The notes: generated by a model not told the origin, from the letters alone. Shown: positions 25,325 to 38,727, numbered from the stretch's first letter. The stretch is 64,000 bases of DNA from Octopus sinensis (GCF_006345805.1 NC_043000.1:88908001-88972000), one strand, 5' to 3'. Program-made: numbers and translations.

Positions 25325-26030
25325 AATCCAAACAAGAAAGCACAAAAAAACACAACAACGCGAGGACGTGGAAAAAATATATTATTGGACGCTCAGGAAA
25401 GAAGGAGGGTTTAACGTTTTGAGCGGAGCTCTTCGTCGGAAACATAGGAGAAGGAAAGATCCAGAGAAGGGAAGACAGAGAAAAAAATCGCCAACGGTAC
25501 ACACGAGGTCACATTTTGAAAGACCGGAAGGAAATGGGTCAAGAACGCAAAATATCCAGACAGTTAGAGGATACAAAAAAGGGACAAAAAATCATCCAGG
25601 AGATGAGACAAGGAAACAAGGACGGGTCATTCGGAGTTTTCTTTCCTCAGTCGAGTTCCAGATTATCTTTGCAATTTCGGCTGGTTATACTCGGGATTGC
25701 TCCGATCTGGCCAGCCCCAAGGAAGAACTAAGCTAAGAGCGATTCCTTGGAAGAAAGCAACGAATGTATACGCAAACAAGGACGGAAAAAAATGAAGAAT
25801 GTTACACAAATACTAATAACAGGACATAACAACAGGTGTTTTTCGACTAAGGACGAATTAAATTAAGTTGGCGCGTGTGTGGAAGTAAAACCTTACGGCA
25901 GGGATACAAGATTTTACAGGCACAGGGAGGAATATAGATGTTGCACGAAAGACGGCCGAACCAAGAAAGAAAGGTTAGGCTTGGCCGAACACGGTCACGT
26001 GGGGAGAGAAAAGAGAAAGGTAGAGGTAGA
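25325..26030 (-). mobile_element. Penelope-like element fragment between (TA)n tracts
   Basis: TA microsatellite at both ends; hammerhead-like motif; gctcaggaaa motif shared with the 52 kb copy. Confidence 0.55.
25409..25443 (-). ncRNA. Decayed ultra-minimal hammerhead-like motif (CCGACGA core)
   Basis: gttt-CCGACGAA-gagc tcc gctc-aAAACGTT-aaac; G of GAAA mutated, consistent with CpG decay. Confidence 0.5.
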
Positions 26031-26370
26031 GGGACATATATATATATATATATATGAAAGTCTATGAGAATTACTTAATACAGTTTGAAGAGTAAAGGTG
26101 ATTTTTTCTAAAAAAAATATCTTTCAAAACAATGTTGTGAAATCATTTATCAGAATATTATTAGCCTTTTTTAGCAGGAAGTTCTTTTTTAGTGTGTATG
26201 TTTTCGTTTAACCTTTTCAAATGCACGTGTTCTTACATATGTCTTTCTAAATGAGAGTGTCTGATTGTTACTTAGCGGCATTTTGTGCGTCTTAACGTTC
26301 TGAGATCAAATTTTGCCGAGGTCGACTTTGCCTTTCTGCTGGCCTTGTGCTAAAAATTGAAACAATATTA

Positions 26371-26466
<96 letters not shown>

Positions 26467-26495
26467 TAGTAGTAGTAGTAGTAGCATTATTATTA

Positions 26496-26705
26496 AGGCG
26501 GCGAGCTACCAGAATCATTAGCACGCTGAACAAAATGCTTAGCGGTATTTCGCCCGCCGATACATTCTGAGTTCAAATTCCACCGAGGTCGACTTTGCTC
26601 TTCATCCTTTCGGAGTCGATAAAATAAGTATAAGTTGTAAACTGGGGTCGATTAATCGAATCATCCCATCCCCTAACCTAAAATTGCTGCCCTTGTGGCA
26701 AAATT
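26496..26705 (+). mobile_element. SINE family A monomer (second partial copy at 26270-26360)
   Basis: aaggcggcgagctaccagaatcattagcacgctg... Confidence 0.88.
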
Positions 26706-26710
26706 TGAAA

Positions 26711-26769
<59 letters not shown>

Positions 26770-26773
<4 letters not shown>

Positions 26774-27060
26774 GTTTGACTTTGCTTTACATTTGTACAC
26801 GTTGTCTCCAAGTCTCACCCAGAGACCTCAAGAGACAACAAGTTGGAAGTTCATGTTGGTGTTATGCCTAGGGTGCCATATATTTGGTTTTGTACTTATA
26901 GTGTTGTACTAGCAATGTCTAAAAAAACCATACGAAAATTTTGTTTGTTTTAAAACTTGAGATTACATAGAAAGTATTTTGCGTAGGATATGAGCAGTTC
27001 CCATGAGCACTATCTTTTGAATTTCTGCCATTTTTGGGTTTCCTGGTATCTGAGTTTATT
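26770..27060 (-). mobile_element. R4/Dong-clade extreme 3' end
   Basis: QIPGNPKMAEIQKIVLMGTAHILRKILSM* plus 3' UTR; (ATT)n on both sides. Confidence 0.8.
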
Positions 27061-27079
27061 GTTATTATTATCATTATTA

Positions 27080-27122
<43 letters not shown>

Positions 27123-27156
27123 TTATTATTATTATTATTATTATCATCATCACCAT

Positions 27157-27206
<50 letters not shown>

Positions 27207-27504
27207 TGTGTGAGTTCGCGTACGTCCACGTATGTGTAACTATGCGGTGTCTAAAATATTCTTGTGTGATGCTCAAATAAACTTTATATGATACTCTGTG
27301 AAATAAAAGACAAAACTGATCAAGACGTGTAACATACTTTAATTATATATTAGGAAATGATCACTTTTGTCACTTATTGAATTTCTCAATTGTATGCATT
27401 CGTTCAGTCGATAAATGGGTGCATACAAGCGAGAAATTTGGATTTGCTATTATTTCTGGCATTATAAGCTTCGAGTTGCAGTATTATTTCAAATATAGAT
27501 AGAT

Positions 27505-27700
<196 letters not shown>

Positions 27701-27893
27701 AGACAGAGTTATATAAGTGTATATATACATGGGCGTGTGTATGTAAATAACGTAAATATATATGCACATATCTACAGACATGAAAAATACATGCATATAT
27801 AAATATACATAAGAACACACACACACACACGCACACACTCTCTCTCTCTCTCTCTCTCTCACACACATACACACACTCACACGTATATATATA

Positions 27894-28015
27894 TATAATT
27901 GTCACTAAATGTGACTAGAGTGTTAAGAATCACCTACGTTACTAGAAATACGAGTTCTTATTTCTAGCAACGTAGGTGTTTGTTAACAGCCTAGTCACAT
28001 TTAGTGACAATTATA
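27894..28015. repeat. 122-bp fold-back (MITE-like hairpin)
   Basis: tataattgtcactaaatgtgactag...ctagtcacatttagtgacaattata; arms about 57 bp with an 8-nt loop. Confidence 0.85.
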
Positions 28016-28089
28016 ATTCTCCCTTTTTGGTGAAGCATTGCAACCTGCTGTTTCTGATAATTTTCTTTATATATATATATATATATATA

Positions 28090-28170
28090 CAGTAATCCCT
28101 CGACTATCGCGGGTGTTACGTTCCAAAAATCACCGCGATTGGTGAACTGTGATATGGCGAGGGATTACTG
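28090..28170. mobile_element. 81-bp Tigger/pogo-type MITE
   Basis: 13-bp TIR CAGTAATCCCTCG / CGAGGGATTACTG, TA flanks inside (TA)n. Confidence 0.85.
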
Positions 28171-28224
<54 letters not shown>

Positions 28225-28326
28225 TCGGGGTGAGTACTTGATAATTATAAGCACCTGTGTATACCGTTTGGTGGTGTAGGTGGTGGAGTAAATTGATCAA
28301 AATAAAAACATGATGCCAAGGATTCA

Positions 28327-28404
28327 GCTGTACATATGTTTCGGGCCTTTATTAGACAGATTTATAACAATGCATAATGTATGTCTGTGGCCTTCTTCAG
28401 CCGC
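28327..28404 (-). ncRNA. Type I hammerhead motif (left-arm copy)
   Basis: gcgg-CTGAAGA-aggcc...ggccc-GAAAC ATAT GTA-cagc; palindromic stem III loop. Confidence 0.7.
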
Positions 28405-29256
28405 GCACAACAGCTTCCACAAGGACATGTGTTACATCAAAAATTCTTGGTTGGGGATGCAAATCCTCTCATTCGCGTACGACATAATGTGGCAACAGCA
28501 TAGAATTGAAGCGTCCATCTCTTTCTTCTCTCAATGTAGAATGAGGAAATTTGGATGTTGAAGTAATGTAAATAAATAAATACATATATATAGACGTGAA
28601 GATGGAGGGGCGAGAATTCAGGACGAGGGATAAAAAATGTATGTATAAAAAGTGTAAGTATAGAAAAATATAAAAATGTAGAGTATAAAGATATAAAGGG
28701 ATATAAGGAGATGTAAAGGGGGTATAAAGAATATAAAGAAATATAAAGAAATATAAATGAATGTAAAGGCATAAGGTTATAAAGTAAAGATAGAAATAGA
28801 AATAAAAGTAAAAAGTAAAAAAATAAAAATAGGAATAAACATGATAAAAATGTAAAAAAAAATATAAAAAAATATAAAGATAAGGGATGTATAGAGGTTA
28901 CGGACCAAACATGGTGGTCAGGAGATTGATAAAGTTTAGTTGTAGAAGTTGTCTGGGGACCTAGTGTGTTGTAAATCAGAGCTGTTGACCGTTTAATCTA
29001 GATCTTTGAATTAATTGGTCATCTTGTACATACATACCATCATGGATACATACACCTCCATCTTCACGTCTATATATGTATTTATTTATTTACATTACTT
29101 CAACATCCAAATTTCCTCATTCTACATTGAGAGAAGAAAGAGATGGACGCTTCAATTCTATGCTGTTGCCACATTATGTCGTACGCGAATGAGAGGATTT
29201 GCATCCCCAACCAAGAATTTTTGATGTAACACATGTCCTTGTGGAAGCTGTTGTGC

Positions 29257-29334
29257 GCGGCTGAAGAAGGCCACAGACATACATTATGCATTGTTATAAA
29301 TCTGTCTAATAAAGGCCCGAAACATGTGTACCGC
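29257..29334 (+). ncRNA. Type I hammerhead motif (right-arm copy)
   Basis: gcgg-CTGAAGA(29261)-aggcc...ggccc-GAAAC(29319) ATGT GTA-ccgc; stem I gcgg/ccgc. Confidence 0.72.
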
Positions 29335-29381
29335 TGAATCCTTGGCATCATGTTTTTATTTTGATCAATTTATATATATAT

Positions 29382-29469
<88 letters not shown>

Positions 29470-30732
29470 TGAAAGAGCACATAAGTTAACCTAGTCAAAT
29501 AATCGTAGATTTACCCTAATTTTATTTCTTCATTATTTCGATTTCTATAAATAGATCTATCTGTCTATCTTATATAGCATCATTCTATTTTTATTATGAA
29601 CAGTCAGAGAGGTAAATACATACTGATTTACTTAAGTTTCTCTTCTACTACTGAGTATATAAGATAATCTATTCCCTTAAATTCTAAAGTGCTCATCCTA
29701 ACTATAGCCATGTCGCATTTCAAAGCAATCTCTGCTGTCACGTAACCTAAGATTTTATGATCCCTCATCTAGAATATATTTTAAGGACTATCTAATACTA
29801 GATAACTAAGTTCGCTTCACCCACCTATATGGATAAAAACTTGAACAAAGCTGCAAAGGAATATCTTCCCTGAAATTCAACCCACGAAATCCACATAAAC
29901 GCTACATCAAAGGACATTAGAACAATTATGCCGCAAAAGCAGTTGTTGGATTGGAAGCTAATGTGAATTTAATGAGAATAATACTGTAATAAAAAACATT
30001 TTCAAAATGTATAAATCTCTGTTCTTCTTGGTGATGTCTTGATTGTATACTCTGTATGCTGTAAGAAATCCAATGAAGCAAAATCAGGATTTACCTATTG
30101 TGTACCTGTCTTGTAATTGTATGTCATAAACAATTCTGTATATATAACCTATTATTCGATGCGGTTAACCAGATCTGGAATATATTAGAATGCTTAGAAT
30201 ATACCTGTCTGTAGAGCAAATCCCTATTCTTTTACATCATATATATATATGAAAAATGCATTGAATACTACAAAACGTACACGTAGGACAGACACAGAAG
30301 GACCCTAATTCTTCATTAGTTATCGATCAAAAATACGAACGCTCAGTTTCGTACTTTTAACGATAAGACTGAGAACTTCGTAAATCGGCAGCAACCGCAA
30401 AATTTGCGGAGAATTAGGGCTCGAGCAAACGAAACAATACAGGATGGACGTACGAAAGTAACCAAATGTAATTTGAAACGATAGGCGAAGACAGAATAAA
30501 TACAACCTTTCGGCCAGACACGCAAATGATGAGTAATGCCTAGAAGAAATCTTCAGTGGATATAAAAAGAGAAATAGTAAGAAAGCAGAAATTGATGACC
30601 GGCAGGCTAAGCGTCCGGTGGCGAAAAGCCAGAGATAAAAAAATAGTCGCAGGTCACGTGTGGGCAATACACACACACACACACACATACATATATATGT
30701 GTGTATATATATATATTCTTTCGGTGCAAGTG

Positions 30733-31197
30733 TTTTTTTTTATACGGCGCCGTTTTTACAATCCTGTAAATAATAATACTGGTATTTTTTATATAAGCTT
30801 AAAGCTTATGGCGATCACCATGCAATTACTAAGGAAAATAGTCTAATAAAGGGGCATATAAGACCGCGACAGATAAAAGAAGGCTTTCCTATCTGCCTGG
30901 GAGTCGAACCCACACCATTATCATTATCTACAGGATTGTAAAAACGGCTCCGTATAAAAAAAGACATTCGCACTGAAAGCATGTAGAAACGCAAACTATT
31001 ATAGTTCTTAAATTTAACGGGAAAAGGGAGGCTGATTCGCTGGTGTAAAGGTAACACGCTTAGTCGCGTTAACAAGGGGATCTATGTTCGACTGCCACGC
31101 GGATAGAAAACCTTTTTTTTGTCGAGGGGGTTTATATGCCTCTTCATTAGACTATTTATTGCACGGTGATCGCTTTAAGCTTATATAAAAGTACCAT
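30733..31197. repeat. Interleaved inverted repeats A-B-A'-B'
   Basis: A 30733-30777 pairs with 30917-30962; B 30778-30862 pairs with 31128-31197. Confidence 0.75.
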
Positions 31198-31715
31198 TAT
31201 ATATATATATACATATATATATATATAAATGAGGATTTGGCATATAGGCATCAGCTTATTCAAAGATATTCAAATCGATATAATATGAAGTTCTTATCCC
31301 TACAGATGTTTCCATAGCAAATTGATTCAATTAGAGAAATTAAATTAAATTAGATTAATCTAAAATTTTCATATCGAAACTGGTTGATTGGGTATTTCAT
31401 CAGGGGAGAATTTCCCAGAAAAGGAGATACATTCATATTATGCCGATTTGAATATCTTTTACTAAACTGATGTCTGTATGTCAATTTCTCCATTTTCTTC
31501 TTTTACTCATTCATAAATATTTTAAATACCCGTATCCAACAATGCAAAACTAACGTATTTAGTTTTTCACTGAACACTAGTATAAACCGGAAAACTAGGA
31601 AGTACACATCCCTTAAAAGATTATAGGTAATTGATATTATTGTGTGTGTGTGTGTGTATTTACAGGCATATACCCACACATGCACACTCACAAACACATG
31701 AAAACTCATTAATTA

Positions 31716-33633
31716 CACTGGTCAAAAACATTAAATGTAGTATACTCATTATGAATGCAAATCAACTTTTTTAGACTAATTTTTCATGCTGAATTCAAAA
31801 TTTCACTCCATTTGTATGCAATACGTATCAGTTTTTCAGTAGATATATGCAATTATTTACATATCTGTTTGTATGAAATCATTAACGTAATAAATAAGGA
31901 CATATTATTTTTAGAAAGTAAATGTGTTTATTTAATTAAAAATCATCACTATCATTCTACAAAGAGTGAATACACAATAAATGGGTCAGAATAAACAGAC
32001 AGAGTTAGAACAACAGTTAGAAACGTTGTGTTCCTGATCTAGCTGATCACATTAAAGTGTCCAGCAGTAGTCAGCCAGCATACTATCATTCCAGAAACGT
32101 TGGTACCGTTTCTCCATAGCACTAATGTCCTGGGAAAATCTTGCACCATGTTCATCAGACACTGCTACAAGGTTATCTGTGAAGAAATCCAGATGGGAGC
32201 CCAAGAAGTGAACTTTCAGTGACATGCGACAATCCATTGCTGAGTAACATTTCAGAAGATGCTTGATGTCATCCTTGTAGTCCATTGCCTTCTTGTTGCC
32301 CAAAAAATTCTCACAGATCCAATTGAAAGCATTCCAGGTGAGCAGTTCCAGTTCATCCAGTGTTGTCTTGAAGTTGACATTTTTGAGTACTTCTCTAATT
32401 TGGGATCCAACAAAGATACCCTCTTTCAACTTCACCTGTGTGATTTTGGGAAACTTTTCTACAATATACTCAAACCCTCTAGCATTTCTCGTCTCTAGTG
32501 TCTTTACAAACTGTTTCATCAGTCCAAGTTTTATGTACAAAGGAGGAAATAGGACATTACATTGATCTACAAGAGGTGTATTCTTGATACTAAACAGTCC
32601 TGGCTGGTTTGATGTTCTTGTCTGCCAGTTTAATTCTGAATAATGTCTGTCAGTTGCCCGACTATCTCATAGAGGCAAGAAACAACAACATTTTGTGAAA
32701 TATGACTGCATTACCACTAACATTCCAATGACTTTTAAATCTCCACATATTTTCCATGACTATCTTTCATGGGGAATGGCATGAAGTAAAAGTTCCATAT
32801 TCTCATATGATTCATAAAGATAAATGGAGTGTGCAATAGGAATGAAGGGCTTCAAATTACCATTATGGAGAAGTACAGCTTTTAAACTTCGTTTTGAAGA
32901 GTCAATAAACAAGTGCCACTCTGCAGCATCATGAATTTGTGATAAACATACGAAAAGCCCATCGATGTTACTGCAAAAGCAAGCAGGCCTTCAACAGACA
33001 AACACGTTTGTAGAATCACATTTCCCTGCCGAAAATAAGTTATACACACACTATGCTCTAGCAGATATTTTTCCTTCAGTCTTGATGCCAACAGTTCTGC
33101 TTTATCTTTTGAAAGGAATATGTCTCTGACAAGGTCATTCAGTTCAGCTTGGAAAAACTTCTGAGGTTCAAAGCTATCATCATCAGCCACGTAATCTTCC
33201 TCAGCAGCACTATCGTGTCATCAGCACCGTCATCTTATGTTTCAATACCATTATCTGGTGGAACTGGAATTGGTAGACTTCCATTGTGAGGCACAGGTCT
33301 TATTGCAGAATCCAAATTGGGATACACGATTTTGTGCTTTTTCTTCATAGAAAATCCTGTGACATTTACTTCGCAAAAATAGCAGTCATTAAAATGGTCT
33401 TTCGGCTTCCTCCATATCTTTGGAATGGCAAAAGACATGATGTAAATGAAATACATGCACACACGTCATTAACTGGAATTTCTATATAATGCATGAACCA
33501 AAACCAAAAAACTTTCTTATATTAGAAACTGTACGTGATGTCAAAAAACTAATTGTATATTTGAAATCAACATTAAAAACTACACTATGCACACCTTGAC
33601 ATATACTTGATGAAAAGTACTTGTTGACCTGTG
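31716..33633 (-). mobile_element. Chapaev3-like (CMC superfamily) DNA transposon, decayed, both ends present
   Basis: MSFAIPKIWRKPKDHFNDCYFC...RPVPH and IKLGLMKQFVK...EGIFVG...VSDEHGARF.QDI...YCW; TIR CACTGGTCAAAAA / CACAGGTCAACAA; TTA duplicated at 31713-31715 and 33634-33636. Confidence 0.85.
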
Positions 33634-33862
33634 TTATTTATGCTATATTTTATGTATATGCACCGCATACATAGACGAAAACAATTAAATATGCAACAAC
33701 AATACTTCACCTAAGGTGACAAGTTAAATTAAAATTACTTTGAAACAAGTATCACTTTTGGGCGTTGCTTATTGCCTTACTGTATCAAGTAACATTCTAC
33801 TTTTCTCTTTCCACAAACCTCATACACGCATACACACATAGACAGGTATATACGTTTACACT

Positions 33863-33916
<54 letters not shown>

Positions 33917-33977
33917 TACAATGCTAGTAGTAGTAGTAGTAGTAGTAGCAGCAGCAGCAGCAGCAGCAGCAGTAGTG

Positions 33978-34013
<36 letters not shown>

Positions 34014-34233
34014 TGCTAGCGCACAAGTATAAGCGTAGGCATGACTGTATTGGTAGCAAAACGCGTAGCGATGTTAGACGGATAAGTGGTATGAACAGGT
34101 GAAAGAGGCTGTGAAAGAGAAAAAAAATTACAGAATCTTATGCGATTTCTCCATTGTCTGACCGTTCGGTAGTGCAGAGAAAGCACATGATAAAAATATG
34201 ACTATTGTATAACAATAATAATAATAATAATAA

Positions 34234-34273
<40 letters not shown>

Positions 34274-36487
34274 TTAATTCCCAAATCAAATGAAACAGAA
34301 AAACCAGAAAACTACAGACCAATAACCTGCCTCCCTACTATGTTCAAGGCATATACTGTAGTGATATCACAAAGGCTGAACAAGCACCTGGACGAAAACA
34401 AACTGTTCCCAGAAGAGCAGAAAGGATGCCGCAAAGGCTCATAATGCTGTAAAGATCAACTAATGATTAATAAAGCTATAACTGAAGACAGCCACAGAAA
34501 GAAGAAAGGCCTCAGTATGGCCTGGATTGACTACAAAAAAGTGTTTGATAGCATCCCCCACACATGGATCCTCGAAACACTAGCCATTAACAAAGTAGCA
34601 CCAACAATCATAAAATTCATAGAACACTCTATGAATAAATGGCAAACAGTCCTACACCTCCAAACAAAAGAGGGACTCATGAAAACCAAAGACATCCCCA
34701 TTAGAAGAGGAATATTCCAGGGAGACACGCTCTCTCCACTCCTTTTCTGCTTGGCACTGTCACCTCTATCTGATATGCTAACTAGAACTGGATGCGGATA
34801 TAAATGTTACGGCAAAACGATCAGCCACCTTTTATATATGGATGACCTAAAACTATACGCTACAAATGACAAACAGCTGGAAACACTATTAAAGACAGTT
34901 CATGGATTTACCAAAGAAATAGATATGAAATTTGGATTAGAAAAATGCGCCAAAGTAACCCTGAAAAGAGGAAAACTAGTTAAGAGTAACAACATCACAC
35001 TAGATAAAACCAATGAAATAAAAGAATTAGACCAAAGCCAAACTTACAAATACTTAGGAATCCATGAACTAGATAAGACACAACACACACAAATGAAAGA
35101 GAAAATAAAAAAAGAATATTATAGACGAGTTAGATCAATACCAAACACAGAGCTCAATGCTAAAAGCAAGATAATAGGTATCAACACTTTAGCTGTCCCA
35201 GTTATAAGTTACAGCTACAATATCCTTAACTGGACACGAAATGAACTGACCAAAATAGATAGGAAAACAAGAAAAATAATGACAGGATCTAGGATGCATC
35301 ACCCAAAATCTGACATAGAAAGACTATATATACAACGTATAGAAGGTGGTAGAGGCCTTATACAGCTGGAAAACTACTATAAAATAACCACCATAGGACT
35401 GCAAAAATATCTACTTCAGAAGGAAGGAAAACTGATCCAGATAGCGGCAAAACACGAGCAAAACAAAAAACTGTTCTCAGTATTTAAGGAAGCTGACAAA
35501 TACAAACAAGAAATCATACCACCTAATAAACATGAAGAAGAAGATGGTGAAGAAACAACAAAAGCTATAAAACAAATGAAATCCAAACTAAAAATAGAAC
35601 AGCAACGAACCATGATAAAACGATGGCAAGAAAAGCCCCTTCATGGTAAATACTGCACTAAACTAAACGCAAAAGAAATAGACAAAGAAAAATCCCAGCA
35701 ATGGTTGAGAAGCTCAGGACTCAAAGCAGAAACAGAGGGATTTTTAATTGCAGCACAAGACCAAAGCCTCCCCACCAGAAATTACCAAAAACATGTAATG
35801 AAAAGAAATATTACAAGTAACTGCAGAATATGTGGAGATGGACAAGAAACAATAAATCATATTATCTCTAGCTGCCCAGTCCTGGCTAAGAAGGAATATA
35901 TTCACAGACATGACAGAGTTGGAACCTACATACATTGGAAGCTATGCCGACATTATGGAATAACAACAGAAAAAAGATGGTATAGGCACTCACCAGAAAA
36001 GGTCACAGAAAACGAGAAAGCAACCATACTCTAGGATATGCCGATACACACAGATAGAGAAATTAAGGCCAACAGACCAGATATAGTTGTCAGAGACCAT
36101 GAAGAAAAAAATGCTTTCTAATTGATGTATCAATACCGGCTGATGACAACGTGTCTCTAAAAGAAATGGAGAAACTCTCAAAATACAAAGACCTGGAAAT
36201 AGAGGTAACTAGAATGTGGAATCTGAAAACAGAAACAATTCCTATCATAGTAGGTGCATTAGGCATGATAAAAAAATATTCAGACAAATACATAACAAAA
36301 ACACCAGGACTTACAAACACATATAACATACAGAAAATTGCACTACTAGGCACTGCACTCATCCTACGCAGAACACTTTCCATACAATAACCATCAGAGC
36401 ATCACAACAAATCACAGCACATACCCAAGGCACACAGAGCTGCGCTCGGTAGTGAAGTGAAAGCACGCTATAAAAATAAAACTACTG
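34274..36487 (+). mobile_element. R4/Dong-clade non-LTR retrotransposon, 5'-truncated, young
   Basis: NYRPITCL, DYKKVFDSIPH, GIFQGDTLSPLLF, YMDDLKL, CRICGDGQETINHIISSC, RPDIVV, EKLSKYKDL, LGTALILRRTL; (AAT)n on both sides. Confidence 0.95.
34463..36034 (+). pseudogene. Reverse transcriptase and CCHC portion of the disrupted R4/Dong ORF
   Basis: 523-aa open stretch bounded by in-frame stops at 34442 and 36032; frameshift near 36110 before the endonuclease end (36151-36390). Confidence 0.9.
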
Positions 36488-36497
36488 AATAATAATG

Positions 36498-36545
<48 letters not shown>

Positions 36546-36549
36546 TGCT

Positions 36550-36580
<31 letters not shown>

Positions 36581-36603
36581 AGGAGGAGGAGGAGGAGGAG
36601 GAT

Positions 36604-36641
<38 letters not shown>

Positions 36642-36651
36642 TAATAATAAC

Positions 36652-36702
<51 letters not shown>

Positions 36703-36705
36703 TTA
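36488..36705. repeat. Compound triplet microsatellite AAT-GCT-GAT-GAG-AAT
   Basis: Direct reading. Confidence 0.95.
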
Positions 36706-36836
36706 TGACGATTGGCGTGACATTTCTCTTAGGTAAATAAGCAATAAGAGCGTGGTGCGATTTGTTGTTGAAATACCTATAAACCATAGCATAAATGTGA
36801 TAGCAATAACTTCATTCTTTATTTGTTATGTATACG

Positions 36837-36873
<37 letters not shown>

Positions 36874-37849
36874 TGTGTATGTGTGTGTGTGTGTGTGTGT
36901 TTAGCATAAATCATCCAGATTTGTATCTCTTGCAGACCGTATTATACCATGCTCGACTGCCTAAAATGTTTTCACATTTTGTAACACACATGGTTTCATT
37001 ACACTCCAAAGTGATATTGTGCAATAAACCAATATGTGCAAGACTGTCTTCTAATTTGTCCACTGCGGCTGTCACTTGACACCAGTTATGTAAGCGCAGA
37101 AATGACATCACCCGAAAACATTTTCCCCCACAACAGAAATACCAACCATATTACCTACAAATAAAACGAAAATGGAATATAAAATCCGAAAATTTATAGC
37201 GTACTTAATATATAATTATATAATTAATGTAATTTATAAAAAAAAAATGCACGAACTTTTCTTTTTGAAATATTTTTTGAAATATTTTATTAATGTACCT
37301 AAATATTCTTTTTATTTTTGACACAATGACAGCAATTTTGGGAGAAGACAGTCGATAATAACGACCCCAGTGCTCGGCTGGTACTTTATTTTATCGTCAT
37401 GAAAAAACGGAAGTCACGGTCGACCGCGGAGGAATTTGTACTTAGAGCGTACAGAGTCGTACGAAATACTACGAAGCAGGTTGTCCCACAAGTTAGCACT
37501 TCTGCCAGCTCTCTGTCTTAGAACATTACATATTTAAATAAATTAATATAATGTAAGTGTTTTTATATTTAAAAATAGAAACATTTTGTGAATCGAACGA
37601 ACGATCACAATGTTTGTTGACTTACTGTTTCTATCTTGTATCGGATAGGGAGTTTAAAATTTTCAATGAAAATTTCTGAGTTCACTTGTACCCTCCAGGT
37701 TTCTCTCCTCGTAAACAACAAAGCGTCCAATCTATTTTTCAGTTCGTTTAAAAATTATTAACGTACTCTTCAAACAGGTAAAATATCATCACGAATTGTT
37801 TTGAAGAAAAATAAATTTTCTAAAATTGAGAGATATTTTTAGAATAGCG

Positions 37850-38700
37850 AATGTGATTCTAAGACGTCCAATATCTGATATCTAATCATACATCAAATAG
37901 TCTCTCCTCCTTTGTAGACGTGCAGAAAAATTAAATCTTATTGGCAAATGAGTGAAAAAGAGCCAAAAAAATTTTTGAGGGAGATTCCTAGAATCGACGA
38001 TGGAACACTAGAAAATATGACAATGAAAATATATTGAAATTCCTTTCAAGGTAGTTATCGAAGGAAATGTAAGTAAAGAAATAATATATTGTGAATACAT
38101 TGACGTTACAGATATAGAACCAACACACGAAGGTTCAACAGAGAATATTCACAAAAAACAATGACGTACTAAGGCTCAACAGCCAATTATTAGACTGTGT
38201 TCCCTACAATATAGACTCACAAATTAATGATGATATAAATATCCGTGTTGAGTACTTCAATGAACAAATGTTACCAGAGATTATTCTTCATGGTAATGCT
38301 TCTTCAACACTTGAATCCAAGGACTGGATTCTTATCTTGCATTTGGTGGTCCTATTATAAAAAGAAAATACCTGTAGAACAATAACCAGTAATCAGTTCT
38401 TCACACTCATCATTCATTTGCCCTCAGATCATGCAAACTTAATGTTCTTACTGAAACATAGATAACTTTTAGTTATTCCTCCATTCGCAATGGCAATGAA
38501 CAAATCACAATAGCAATCTTTTAATTAATTGGGATTGTTCCTGCCGGAACATTTGTTTGGATGTGGATAATTGTATTTGACCCTGACTAGATTCAGAAAT
38601 CTACCAAAGCTGAAATTATAGATTTTAGATTACGAAGATCGAGGAAAGTGCACAGAAATGAACGACTTTACGAAGTTTGTTATAATAAAGCATCTATTAC
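37850..38700 (+). mobile_element. Helitron PIF1-like helicase relic
   Basis: 38472-38591 reads VIPPFAMAMNKSQ*QSFN*LGLFLPEHLFGCG*LYLTLTR, matching the known PIF1 motif AFAMTINKSQGQS...VF.HGQLYVALSR. Confidence 0.75.
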
Positions 38701-38727
38701 ATTAAATATTTTCATAATAAAATGTGT

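Larger units (their letters stand above)
28219..29372 (-). mobile_element. Penelope-like 3' end with inverted copy (arms 28289-28608 and 29055-29372; about 70-bp unpaired tail 28219-28288)
   Basis: Near-identical inverted arms (mirror ORFs in the track), hammerhead motif in each arm, (TA)n on both flanks. Confidence 0.8.

Noticed and set aside
30490-30565. Minus-strand CTGAAGA...GGCCGAAA
   Set aside because: Neither stem I nor stem II pairs
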